Made by a program: the position numbers and the translations under genes. 64,000 nucleotides of DNA from Acidimicrobiales bacterium. GTDB lineage: Bacteria > Actinomycetota > Acidimicrobiia > Acidimicrobiales > CATQHL01. The stretch spans positions 1,122,071-1,186,070 of the forward strand of contig CBDBQD010000001.1 of NCBI GenBank assembly GCA_965209115.1, written 5' to 3'. Below the pieces are notes generated by a model. That model saw only the letters and a program-made list of their open reading frames with translations, was not told the DNA's origin and searched no databases. Each line of letters opens with the position of its first letter. Position 1 is the first letter of the stretch. Below are positions 1 through 8,071 of the stretch, in pieces.

Positions 1-647
1 AGTTCGTGACTCTGGTCGGGCCGTCGGGTTGCGGGAAGTCCACGCTGCTGCGCATCGCCTCGGATCTCGACGGCGCGACGGGCGGATCCGTGCAGGTGGA
101 CCAGGATCGCATCGGGTACATCTTCCAGGACGCAACGCTGATGCCGTGGCGCACGGTGCTCGGCAATGTGGAGTTGCTGGGCGAGTTGCACGGCCACTCC
201 CGCGAGGAACGGCGCCGCCTGGCAAGGGCTGCCATCAGCACCGTCGGTCTCGACGGGTTCGAGGGTCACTATCCCAAGGCGCTCTCGGGCGGCATGCGCA
301 TGCGCGCCTCGATCGCCCGAACACTCACCCTGAACCCGCCGCTGTTCCTCTTCGACGAGCCCTTCGGGGCGCTCGATGAGATCACGCGCGAGCGTCTGAA
401 CGAGGAGACCCTCTCGCTGTTCATGCGCGAGCAGTTCGCGGCGCTGTTCATCACGCACTCCATCTACGAGGCCGTCTACCTCTCGACGCGGGTGCTGGTG
501 ATGTCGCCGCGGCCGGGGCGAATCGTGGCGAGCTTCGACGTTCCCTTCGATTATCCCCGTGCGCAGAAGCTGCGGTACGAAGCGAAGTTCGCGGAGCTGA
601 CAGGAGCCGTCTCGGCGGCGCTGCGCGGCTCCTTCGGCCACGACTGA
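1..647 (+). CDS. ABC transporter ATP-binding protein (NitT/TauT nitrate/sulfonate/taurine type), 5' end cut by the window edge
   Basis: Frame open from the window start. Walker A GPSGCGKST, signature LSGGMRMR, Walker B LFLFDEPFGALD. Stop at 645-647. Confidence 0.85.
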   Translation, partial: FVTLVGPSGCGKSTLLRIASDLDGATGGSVQVDQDRIGYIFQDATLMPWRTVLGNVELLGELHGHSREERRRLARAAISTVGLDGFEGHYPKALSGGMRMRASIARTLTLNPPLFLFDEPFGALDEITRERLNEETLSLFMREQFAALFITHSIYEAVYLSTRVLVMSPRPGRIVASFDVPFDYPRAQKLRYEAKFAELTGAVSAALRGSFGHD

Positions 648-674
648 CAGCGAACCCAGAGCGTCGCTGCAAGC

Positions 675-698
675 GGCATCCCTCGCCGCCGGGATGCC
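675..698 (+). terminator. GC hairpin downstream of the ABC ATPase gene (GGCATCCC-N8-GGGATGCC)
   Basis: Perfect 8-bp inverted repeat 28 nt after the stop. There is no U-tract, so terminator function is uncertain. Confidence 0.25.
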
Positions 699-728
699 AA
701 CCGACGATCATCCAAGCAGGAGGCAGGC

Positions 729-1880
729 ATGGAGACGGGCGTTTTCTTCTTCGGAGCGGTGGAGATGGACGACGCGGGGGCCGGCCCACCGGTGCCCACC
801 GACCGTCGCTACACCCAGCGGGAGATGTGGTACGCCTCCGAGCGCATGCTGGACATGGGTGTGGCCGCCGAGCAGGCCAACTTCGACGTGTTCTGGCTCA
901 CCGAGCACCACTTCCAGTACGAGGGCTACGAGGTGCTGCCGAACGCGCTGCTGTTCGGCGCCGTGCTGGCCGAGCGCACCGAGCGCATCAAGATCGGGGC
1001 GCTGTTCAACATCGTGCCGCAGTGGCACCCGCTGCGCCTCGCCGAGGACTTCGCCACCATGCACAACCTCTCGGGAGGTCGGGGGGTCCTGGGCGTCGGG
1101 CGGGGCACGGTGCCCCGCGAGGCCGAACCGCTCGGCACCTTCGTCGGCAGCTTCGACAACCCCGACAAGGCCGACGCCGACCGCATCAACCGGGAGATGT
1201 TCGACGAGGCCCTCGACGTGATCGTGGCAGCCTTCGAGAACGAGACGTTCGCCTACCACGGCAAGTACTACGACCTCCCGCCCGAGGGCATTCCCGACCG
1301 GGGCGGCACGGTGCAGCACCTCACCCTGGTGCCGCGGCCGCTGTATCCCTATGACATCTGGCAGGCCGTGACCTCGCCCCCCACGCTGGAGTACGTGCCT
1401 CGCCGCGGCTGGGGCGGGGTGTTCTGGCTGCGCAACCACAGCTTCATGGTCGACTGGTGGGGCCGCTTCGGCGAGCTCTACGAGAAGGAGCACGGCCGTG
1501 CCCTGGAGGCCGGCGAGAACCGCATGCTCGTGCTGAACGTGCGGGTGGCCGACACGTACGAGCAGGCGCTGGTCGACGCACGCGACGGCCACGACGAGTT
1601 CTGGAAGTTCCTCGGCCCCTACGGCTGGAGCCGCGGCTACATGGCCGCCGACGGGCGCCCGGCCGCACCCGGCCTGATCCCCACCCTCGAGGAGTCGTTG
1701 GACCAGAAGGTGTGGATCGTCGGAACGGCCGAGGACGTGGCCGAGGGGATCGCCGACTACGGCGAGCGACTCGGGGGCCTGCAGCACCTCACGCTGTTCC
1801 CCAACTTCCCCGGTGAGACCTACGACGAGGCGGCCGAGCACGTGCTGCGCATCGGCGAGGAGGTGCTCCCGCTGCTATAG
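729..1880 (+). CDS. LLM-class (luciferase-like) flavin-dependent oxidoreductase
   Basis: 383-aa ORF with AGGAGG 6 nt upstream of the ATG. FWLTEHHF and GRGVLGVGRG stretches are typical of luciferase-like monooxygenases. Confidence 0.85.
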   Translation: METGVFFFGAVEMDDAGAGPPVPTDRRYTQREMWYASERMLDMGVAAEQANFDVFWLTEHHFQYEGYEVLPNALLFGAVLAERTERIKIGALFNIVPQWHPLRLAEDFATMHNLSGGRGVLGVGRGTVPREAEPLGTFVGSFDNPDKADADRINREMFDEALDVIVAAFENETFAYHGKYYDLPPEGIPDRGGTVQHLTLVPRPLYPYDIWQAVTSPPTLEYVPRRGWGGVFWLRNHSFMVDWWGRFGELYEKEHGRALEAGENRMLVLNVRVADTYEQALVDARDGHDEFWKFLGPYGWSRGYMAADGRPAAPGLIPTLEESLDQKVWIVGTAEDVAEGIADYGERLGGLQHLTLFPNFPGETYDEAAEHVLRIGEEVLPLL

Positions 1881-1945
1881 CGGAACGCGGCGCGACCCCG
1901 GCGACGAGTTCGACTTATCGGCTTCCCGGTCCTCCCAAGGGTGGC

Positions 1946-1970
1946 TCGCCGGCTGGTGCAGAGCCGGCGA
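1946..1970. terminator. Hairpin between convergent genes (TCGCCGGCT-N7-AGCCGGCGA)
   Basis: Perfect 9-bp stem lying between the stop at 1880 (+) and the stop at 1973 (-). Confidence 0.3.
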
Positions 1971-1972
1971 CG

Positions 1973-2716
1973 CTAGTCGCCCGACGCCTCGTCGAGCAGT
2001 TGCGGATCCTCCTTGTAGATCCACGCGCCGAGGACGACGATCCAGACGGTCGTCAGCAGGAGGAATCCGGCGCCGATCTGCACCAGCGGGGCGTCGAGAT
2101 AGTGGTAGCCGGCGAAGCTCAGCGCCAGGGCAGCCAGTGAGGCCACGGCGATGCCGATGTGCGCGTTCCGGCGCCTGCCGGGTCCGAACCTGATCGCCAG
2201 AGCGGTTGCCAGCGCGAGGTATCCGGCGAAAGCCGTGACGAGTATCACGAAGTCGAATGCCACGTCGAGAACGTTCACGACCGTGGCGTACCCGTGGTAG
2301 TCCTGGTCGGCGATCCCCGGGGTTCGTCCGTACTTGATGACCTCCGTCATCGTCATGTCGCCCAGGGCTCCCGCGATGGCGGCGGCCGCGGCGATCGTGA
2401 TCGACAGCAGCCCGGTCCTCGCCAGCGCGTCGCCGGGGGAGCGGCGGAGACGGTTGGGCCAGAGTGCGACTATCCCTCCGAGCATCAGAATGTGCCCGAT
2501 GACGTAGCCGGCTGCGGTGACGTGGGTCCACTCGTCGTGGTCGACCTTGGCGTAGAGCCGATCGTCCATGAACGTCTCGAGGTCGGCACTGGGTGTCGCG
2601 GCGGCGACCACCCCCTGACCAGGCGCGAGCACGCCCGAGATGAAGGCCAGGAGCATGCCGGTCATGAGCATCAACCCGCACAACTTGTACGAGTTCAGTG
2701 ACTTCAAGTACTTCAT
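1973..2716 (-). CDS. Multi-pass membrane protein of unknown function (C-terminus ...WIYKEDPQLLDEASGD)
   Basis: Start set at the internal ATG (MKYLKSLNSY...), which has GAGGG 8 nt upstream. Several hydrophobic segments. No family recognised. Confidence 0.6.
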   Translation of the reverse strand: MKYLKSLNSYKLCGLMLMTGMLLAFISGVLAPGQGVVAAATPSADLETFMDDRLYAKVDHDEWTHVTAAGYVIGHILMLGGIVALWPNRLRRSPGDALARTGLLSITIAAAAAIAGALGDMTMTEVIKYGRTPGIADQDYHGYATVVNVLDVAFDFVILVTAFAGYLALATALAIRFGPGRRRNAHIGIAVASLAALALSFAGYHYLDAPLVQIGAGFLLLTTVWIVVLGAWIYKEDPQLLDEASGD

Positions 2717-2840
2717 TCCGCTAACCCTCAGCTTGGCATGAGTCGGCTTGGTCCCGTCGTCCCGATGCGGTGAGGGAGCGAATCCCCCAATCTTGACGAG
2801 AAGCTTACACGGCCGGCTGGTGCCGCCGGGGCATTCGCGG

Positions 2841-2975
2841 TCAGCCAACGAGTTCGGCGTCCTCCTTGTAGATCCACAGGCCGAGAGCGATCAGCCAGGC
2901 GGTGATGGGGAAGATGGCGAGCGAGCTGACGGCGGCCAACACATCGACACCTTCGGCGTTGATGCCGATAAGCAT
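2841..2975 (-). pseudogene. 44-codon fragment paralogous to the C-terminus of the 1973-2716 membrane protein
   Basis: MLIGINAEGVDVLAAVSSLAIFPITAWLIALGLWIYKEDAELVG ends with the same WIYKED motif. The 18-bp string TCCTCCTTGTAGATCCAC is identical at about 2009 and 2861. Confidence 0.3.
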
Positions 2976-3056
2976 CACCGGCAGCGCCGCGCCCGGTGTG
3001 GTGCACGCCGGGCGCTCTACGATCGTGGCCGTCAGCGGCGCCGACGATTGCGTGCG

Positions 3057-4256
3057 ATGAGTGACGAACTGCTGCGCCGGATCGTGACCGATCCCGGTGT
3101 GATCGCCGACCCCTACCCGCTGCTGCGGGAACTGCGGGAAACCTCGCCGGTGCACAAGCTCGGCTTCGCCGATTACTGGATCCTGACGCGCTTCGAGGAC
3201 TGCCGGTCCGTGCTACGCGACCAGCGGCTCGGCAACCCCGGCCCGGGCGACCTGGTGCCGTCGCTGCGAGGCGCTTCGAGCCGCGACGCCGGCGGAGATC
3301 GGTCGATGCTGTTCCTGAACCCTCCCGACCACACCCGCATCCGCTCCCTGGTGAGCCGTGCGTTCACCCCCCGGCGCGTCGGGCAGCTCCGAGCGTCCAT
3401 CGAGGCCATGACGGCCGAGTTGCTCGACGATCTTGCCGCAGGCGGTGGGGGCGATCTGATGGCCCGGCTGGCGTTCCCGCTGCCTGCGAACGTCATCAGC
3501 GAACTCGTCGGCATTCCCCGGAGCGAGCGCGACTGGCTGCGGCCGCTGATTCTCGACCTTGCCGCCACGCTGGAGCCGGGACGCGGCACCGAGGATGCCG
3601 AACGGGCCCGGGTCTCACGCAACAAGGTCCGCGACTACCTCGAGGATCTGATCGACCGGCGGCGCGCCGAGCCGGCCGATGACCTGCTGTCGGGGATGAT
3701 CGCGGCCGCCGACGGCACCGACAGGCTCACGCAGGGCGAGATGGTAATGAGCGTGATCCTGATCTACGGCGCAGGGTTCGAGACCACGACGAACCTCATC
3801 GGCAACATGGTGCTCACCCTGCTCCGTAGTCCCGACCAGTTCACCCGCCTGCGTGCCGACCGGTCGCTCGTGCCGGCCACGGTGGAGGAGGTGCTGCGCT
3901 ACGAGCCGCCCGTCCAGGTCGACAGCAGGTACGCGTTCGAGGACGTCGAGATCGCAGGCCACGTCGTGCAGAAGGGTTCCGTCGTGATGACGCTGCTGGG
4001 GGCGGCCAACCGGGACCCGGCGGTCATCGAGGATCCCGATCGCTTCGACGTGGGCCGAAGCGAGATCCCGCTGCTGTCGTTCTCCTCGGGCATCCACTAT
4101 TGCCTCGGGGCCTCGCTGGCTCGCCTCGAGGCGCAGGTGGTGCTGGCCGGGCTGCTCGACAGGTTCTCGACTTGGACGCTCTTGGAGCAATCCCCGCCCT
4201 GGAAGCCCCGCCTGACCCTGCGGGGCCTGGCCCGGCTGCCGCTGGCCCTGTCGTAG
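3057..4256 (+). CDS. Cytochrome P450
   Basis: ExxR motif (EEVLRYEPP) and heme loop FSSGIHYCLGASLA. Start taken at ATG 3057 (MSDELLRRIV...); the upstream extension of the ORF looks non-coding. Confidence 0.9.
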   Translation: MSDELLRRIVTDPGVIADPYPLLRELRETSPVHKLGFADYWILTRFEDCRSVLRDQRLGNPGPGDLVPSLRGASSRDAGGDRSMLFLNPPDHTRIRSLVSRAFTPRRVGQLRASIEAMTAELLDDLAAGGGGDLMARLAFPLPANVISELVGIPRSERDWLRPLILDLAATLEPGRGTEDAERARVSRNKVRDYLEDLIDRRRAEPADDLLSGMIAAADGTDRLTQGEMVMSVILIYGAGFETTTNLIGNMVLTLLRSPDQFTRLRADRSLVPATVEEVLRYEPPVQVDSRYAFEDVEIAGHVVQKGSVVMTLLGAANRDPAVIEDPDRFDVGRSEIPLLSFSSGIHYCLGASLARLEAQVVLAGLLDRFSTWTLLEQSPPWKPRLTLRGLARLPLALS

Positions 4257-4271
4257 TCCCGCGCGGCCCTC

Positions 4272-5174
4272 TCAGATCAGCGACTGGCGCACGTCGAAGC
4301 GGCGCATCAGCGTGTCGCCGATGTAGTTGACCGCCATGAGGGTGCAGAACATCACGATGGCCGGGTAGATCGTCAGGTGCGGAGCGTCTGCGAGCTTGCC
4401 CTTGGCGACCGCCAGGATGCCGCCCCAGGTGATGGCAGGCGAAGGCACGCTCTTGCCGATGAAGCTGAGTCCGCCCTCGCCCACGATCACCAGGCCCAGG
4501 CCCAGGAAGGTGAACGCCACCACGATGGGAATCAGGTTGGGCAGCACTTCGCGGAACAGCAGCCGGGACGTACGCGCCCCCATGCAACGCGCCGCGGTCA
4601 CGAACTCCCGCTCGCGGAAGCGCAGTGTCTGCGCCCTGACGATGCGCGCCACGGCGCGCGCGGCCAGGATCGTGACCGCGATGATGACGTTGCGGGTGTT
4701 CTGCTCGAGCACCGTGACGATGAACAGGGCCAGGATCAGCGCCGGCAGCGACAGCAGGATGTTGATCACGGCGCTGAGGGCCGTGTCGACCCATCCGCCG
4801 AAGAAGCCGGCCAGCAGCCCCATCAGCCCGCCGACGAGGATCCCGACCGCGACGGCGATCGCCGCGATCAGCAACGAGAGGCGACCTCCCCAGACAACCC
4901 GGGCGAACATGTCGCGGCCCAACTCGTCGGTGCCGAACCAGTGTGACCGCCCGACTCCCTGCAGCACGTCCCGGGAGTAGCCGTCGGGGTCGGCGAGAAA
5001 CCCCAGCACCGGAGCGAACAAGACGAAGAAGACCAGTGCCGCCAGCCAGATGGCCGCCAGCCAGAAGCCCAGCGGCTGCTCGGCCAGTCGCGGGCGGCCG
5101 GCGCCCCCGCCGCGGGCCTTTCGTCCCCGCAGGACGGCGAGGCTGTCGCGGCCCGGCAAGGCCGGGACCCTCAT
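4272..5174 (-). CDS. ABC transporter permease, peptide/nickel family (DppC/OppC-like)
   Basis: N-terminal TM segment, HWFGTDELGRD, and EAA-loop region FVTAARCMGARTSRLLFREVLPN. Its ATG overlaps the upstream stop (ATGA). Confidence 0.9.
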   Translation of the reverse strand: MRVPALPGRDSLAVLRGRKARGGGAGRPRLAEQPLGFWLAAIWLAALVFFVLFAPVLGFLADPDGYSRDVLQGVGRSHWFGTDELGRDMFARVVWGGRLSLLIAAIAVAVGILVGGLMGLLAGFFGGWVDTALSAVINILLSLPALILALFIVTVLEQNTRNVIIAVTILAARAVARIVRAQTLRFREREFVTAARCMGARTSRLLFREVLPNLIPIVVAFTFLGLGLVIVGEGGLSFIGKSVPSPAITWGGILAVAKGKLADAPHLTIYPAIVMFCTLMAVNYIGDTLMRRFDVRQSLI

Positions 5175-6139
5175 CGGTTCCGCACCCTGACGCGAGGATC
5201 CAGCAGCGGGTAGGTGGCGTCCACGAGCATGTTCGCGGCCACGAACGCCGCCGCGATGAGGGCGACCAGAGTCTGAACCACCAGGAAGTCCTGGTTGAAC
5301 ACGGCCGAGATGAGATAGGTGCCGACGCCGTCGAGGTCGAAGATGATCTCCACAACCAGAGCGCCGTTGATGAGCTGCGCGGTGTTGAGCCCGGCGACGG
5401 TCACCACCGTGAAGCTCGACGGTCGCAGCACGTGACGCAACAGGATCCACCAGCGGGGCAGCCCCTTGGCTCGGGCCGCCTCCACGTAGTCCTCCTGCAG
5501 CGTGGTTATCACGTCGCTGCGCAGCAGCCGCAGCAGGAACGGCATGATGCCGGCGGTGAGCGTGACCACCGGCAGCACCAGCGACTTCCAGTGCGCCAGG
5601 AGCCCGGCCGTGGGGCTGACGTAGCCGCCCAGGTCGAACCACCCCAGCTTGGCGGCGAAGATCAGCGCCAGCACAACACCCAACACGAACGACGGCAGCG
5701 CCAGCAGCGAGAACGCCCCACCGGTGAGCAGGCGGTCCACCCACGTGTCTCGCCGGACCGCGCTCAGCATCCCCAGCGGGACCGAGATGACGACACTCAG
5801 GACGGTCGTGTACAGCACCAGCCAGACGGTTACCGGGGCCTTGTCGCGCAGGCTCTCGGTCACCTCGATTCCGTTGCGGTAGGACTCGCCGAGATCGCCG
5901 GTGAGCATGTTTCCGAGCCAGGCGCCGTACTGCGCGAACAGGCCGCGGTCGAGTTCCAGGCGCTCGCGGCACTCCGCCAGGAGTTCCTCCGTGGCGCCCG
6001 TGCCCACCGAGAGGAAGCACGGATCACTGGGCAGCAGGCTGAGCATCCAGTAGGTGACGAAGGTGACGACGAGCACCACCACCGCCGTCTGTACGAGCCT
6101 GCCGGCGAGTCGCCGCAGGACCGCCGGCGGCGTCGCCAT
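5171..6139 (-). CDS. ABC transporter permease, peptide/nickel family (DppB/OppB-like)
   Basis: Start at MATPPAVLRRLAGRLV. YVEAARAKGLPRWWILLRHVLRPS is an EAA loop. Six predicted TM segments. Confidence 0.9.
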   Translation of the reverse strand: MATPPAVLRRLAGRLVQTAVVVLVVTFVTYWMLSLLPSDPCFLSVGTGATEELLAECRERLELDRGLFAQYGAWLGNMLTGDLGESYRNGIEVTESLRDKAPVTVWLVLYTTVLSVVISVPLGMLSAVRRDTWVDRLLTGGAFSLLALPSFVLGVVLALIFAAKLGWFDLGGYVSPTAGLLAHWKSLVLPVVTLTAGIMPFLLRLLRSDVITTLQEDYVEAARAKGLPRWWILLRHVLRPSSFTVVTVAGLNTAQLINGALVVEIIFDLDGVGTYLISAVFNQDFLVVQTLVALIAAAFVAANMLVDATYPLLDPRVRVRNR

Positions 6140-6180
6140 GCCGCTGAGGCTCGAACCCCTGGCAGGCGTCGCGGTGCGGG

Positions 6181-8058
6181 TCACTCGTCCAGCCAGGTCT
6201 CGGTCAGGAACGTCCGACCTTCCACCATGTTCAGCACGGGGCGGCCGTCCGGGGGCGGCAGCGTGATCCAGCCCAGGTTCTGGATCTCGTGGTGGTGGGG
6301 GATGAGCCAGCGCACCCAGTGCAGCCAGATGTTGTGCACGCCGCCGGCGAGGGCGCGGTTGACCTCCTCGGCGATCCGGCGCAACTCCTCGCGGTCGTCG
6401 GTGAGCGTGGCGCTCGCGAGGGCGGCGTCGATTTCCGGGTTGTTGATGCGCCCCATGTTGATGGCAATGAATCCCGTGTACGCCGAATCCCACCAGACGC
6501 GCTCGTTCTGGACGGTGGCGCCGTTGTGGTTCCGCCAGACGGCAGCCTGGAAGTTCCCCATGACGGCATTGAGGATCAGCGTTCCCTGATCGAGTTGCTG
6601 GATCTGCACGTCGATGCCGCAGTCGGCCCACATCTGGGCGAGCAGTTCCGCGCCGGTCCGGTAGTGGGCATCGGGAGTCGTGCCGAGGGTGATCGTGCCC
6701 GGATCTCCGATTTCGGCCCACAGCGCCCGACCCGCCTCGAGGTCGTAGCCCGGGAACCCGGTGTCGGGGAGGTAGCCGGGGGTGTTGGGGGCGAACGGGC
6801 CGTTGGCGATGTCGAACTCGCCGGCGGTGCGCAGCAGGTTGTAGGTCTCGTGGTCGGTGCAGTGAGCCAGCGCCTGCCGGGCGCGGATGTCGTCGAACGG
6901 CGCCCTGGCGTTGTTGAGCATCACGTAGAGGGTCTGGAGGAGGCTCTGCTCCTCGATGGTCCTGAAGTTCTCCCGGTAGTGCTCGAAGTCCAGGCCCAAG
7001 TCGTAGTGCGTCACTGTGATGTCACCGGTGTCCAGCGCCAGCCTGCGAGCGTCCGGCTCGACGTACGGGCGGTACACGATGCGATCCAGGTAGGGCAGGG
7101 TGCGGCCCTCGGCATCGGTCCGCCAGTAGTTCGGGTTGCGGTCCACGACGAGCTCGGCGTCGGGAATCCACGACTTGAAGACGAAGGGACCGGTACCGAC
7201 GGGATTGGCCGCCCCGTCGGGATCGTCGTGCTGGCTGGGGGCAGCGAGGTAGCCCATCTGACCGGTCATGCCGGCCGGCAGGCCGGCGAACGGGGCGTTG
7301 CTGTGGAAGTCCAGGGTGAGGTCGTCGATCACCTCCCAACCCTCCACGCGGTCGAACAACTGCTGGGCGAGAGGATTCGACATGACGCCCTGGAAGTGCC
7401 GGGCCAGAGCGTGGGCGTCGGCGGGTGTGCCGTCGTGGAACGAGATGCCCGGGCGCATTTTGAACGTCCAGGTGGTGAAGTCCTCGTTGGCCTCGAAGGA
7501 TTCCAGCAGGTACGGCCGGGGTGTCCCGGTCTCGTCCTCGATGACCAGCGGATCGAAGACCGCTCGCATCACGGCATGGCACGACACGGCACACTGGGTC
7601 GTCGTCGGGTTCCAGCCGTCGGGGGTCTCCGCCTCCACACCGAAGACGATCGTGCCGCCGTAGGCGGGCCCGGAGGTGGGCTCGGGTGCCGCCACGGGGG
7701 CGGGTGGCGGGGGCGGCGGATCACTCGGCGGGGGCGCTGCTTCCTCCGATGCCGGAGGGGGTGCCTCGGGCGGCGCGGCGGGCGCATCCGGTGCTGCCGA
7801 CGGCGCCTCGGGTGACGCCGGCGGGGTGTCGGGCACTGCTGCGGGTGCCTCGGGCGGCGCGGCGGGCGCATCGGGTGCTGCCGGTGGTGCCTCTGGCTCG
7901 GTTGGGGCCAGCGCCTCCGTGGCGTCGGTGGCCTGCGGGGCGGGTGCAAGGCTCGTGGGCGTGTCCTCGCCGCCTCCTCCGCACGCCGAGGCGATCAGCA
8001 GGACTGTGGCGGCCGTGGCGACGAGTCGGCGGACGCCATCCCTTGTGGTGCTGCGCAT
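6181..8058 (-). CDS. ABC substrate-binding lipoprotein, family 5 (peptide/nickel type), paralog 1
   Basis: Lipobox LLIASAC followed by a tether of about 95 aa rich in Pro/Ala, then a family-5 SBP body. GAGGGAGAGAGG lies upstream of the ATG. Confidence 0.9.
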   Translation of the reverse strand: MRSTTRDGVRRLVATAATVLLIASACGGGGEDTPTSLAPAPQATDATEALAPTEPEAPPAAPDAPAAPPEAPAAVPDTPPASPEAPSAAPDAPAAPPEAPPPASEEAAPPPSDPPPPPPAPVAAPEPTSGPAYGGTIVFGVEAETPDGWNPTTTQCAVSCHAVMRAVFDPLVIEDETGTPRPYLLESFEANEDFTTWTFKMRPGISFHDGTPADAHALARHFQGVMSNPLAQQLFDRVEGWEVIDDLTLDFHSNAPFAGLPAGMTGQMGYLAAPSQHDDPDGAANPVGTGPFVFKSWIPDAELVVDRNPNYWRTDAEGRTLPYLDRIVYRPYVEPDARRLALDTGDITVTHYDLGLDFEHYRENFRTIEEQSLLQTLYVMLNNARAPFDDIRARQALAHCTDHETYNLLRTAGEFDIANGPFAPNTPGYLPDTGFPGYDLEAGRALWAEIGDPGTITLGTTPDAHYRTGAELLAQMWADCGIDVQIQQLDQGTLILNAVMGNFQAAVWRNHNGATVQNERVWWDSAYTGFIAINMGRINNPEIDAALASATLTDDREELRRIAEEVNRALAGGVHNIWLHWVRWLIPHHHEIQNLGWITLPPPDGRPVLNMVEGRTFLTETWLDE

Positions 8059-8071
8059 TGCCTCTCTCCCT

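Noticed and set aside
708-1841. Long antisense ORFs opposite recognisable genes. Examples: 708-1841(-), 6289-7815(+), 8654-9913(+), 10686-11948(+), 23346-25571(-), 27527-28750(-), 45034-46476(-), 47695-49953(-), 49937-51331(-), 52652-54457(-), 58064-59479(+), 60441-62000(+).
   Set aside because: In DNA of about 70% GC, stop codons are rare on the antisense strand. The translations are Arg/Gly/Pro/His-rich low-complexity strings with no motifs, whereas the opposite strand carries clear family signatures and proper RBS/start contexts.
2748-3056. N-terminal extension of the P450 ORF (502 aa versus 399 aa).
   Set aside because: The extension is Arg/Gly-rich with no P450 similarity, and it overlaps the minus-strand WIYKED fragment. 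The canonical N-terminus MSDELLRRIVTDPGVIADPYPLLRELRE starts at ATG 3057.
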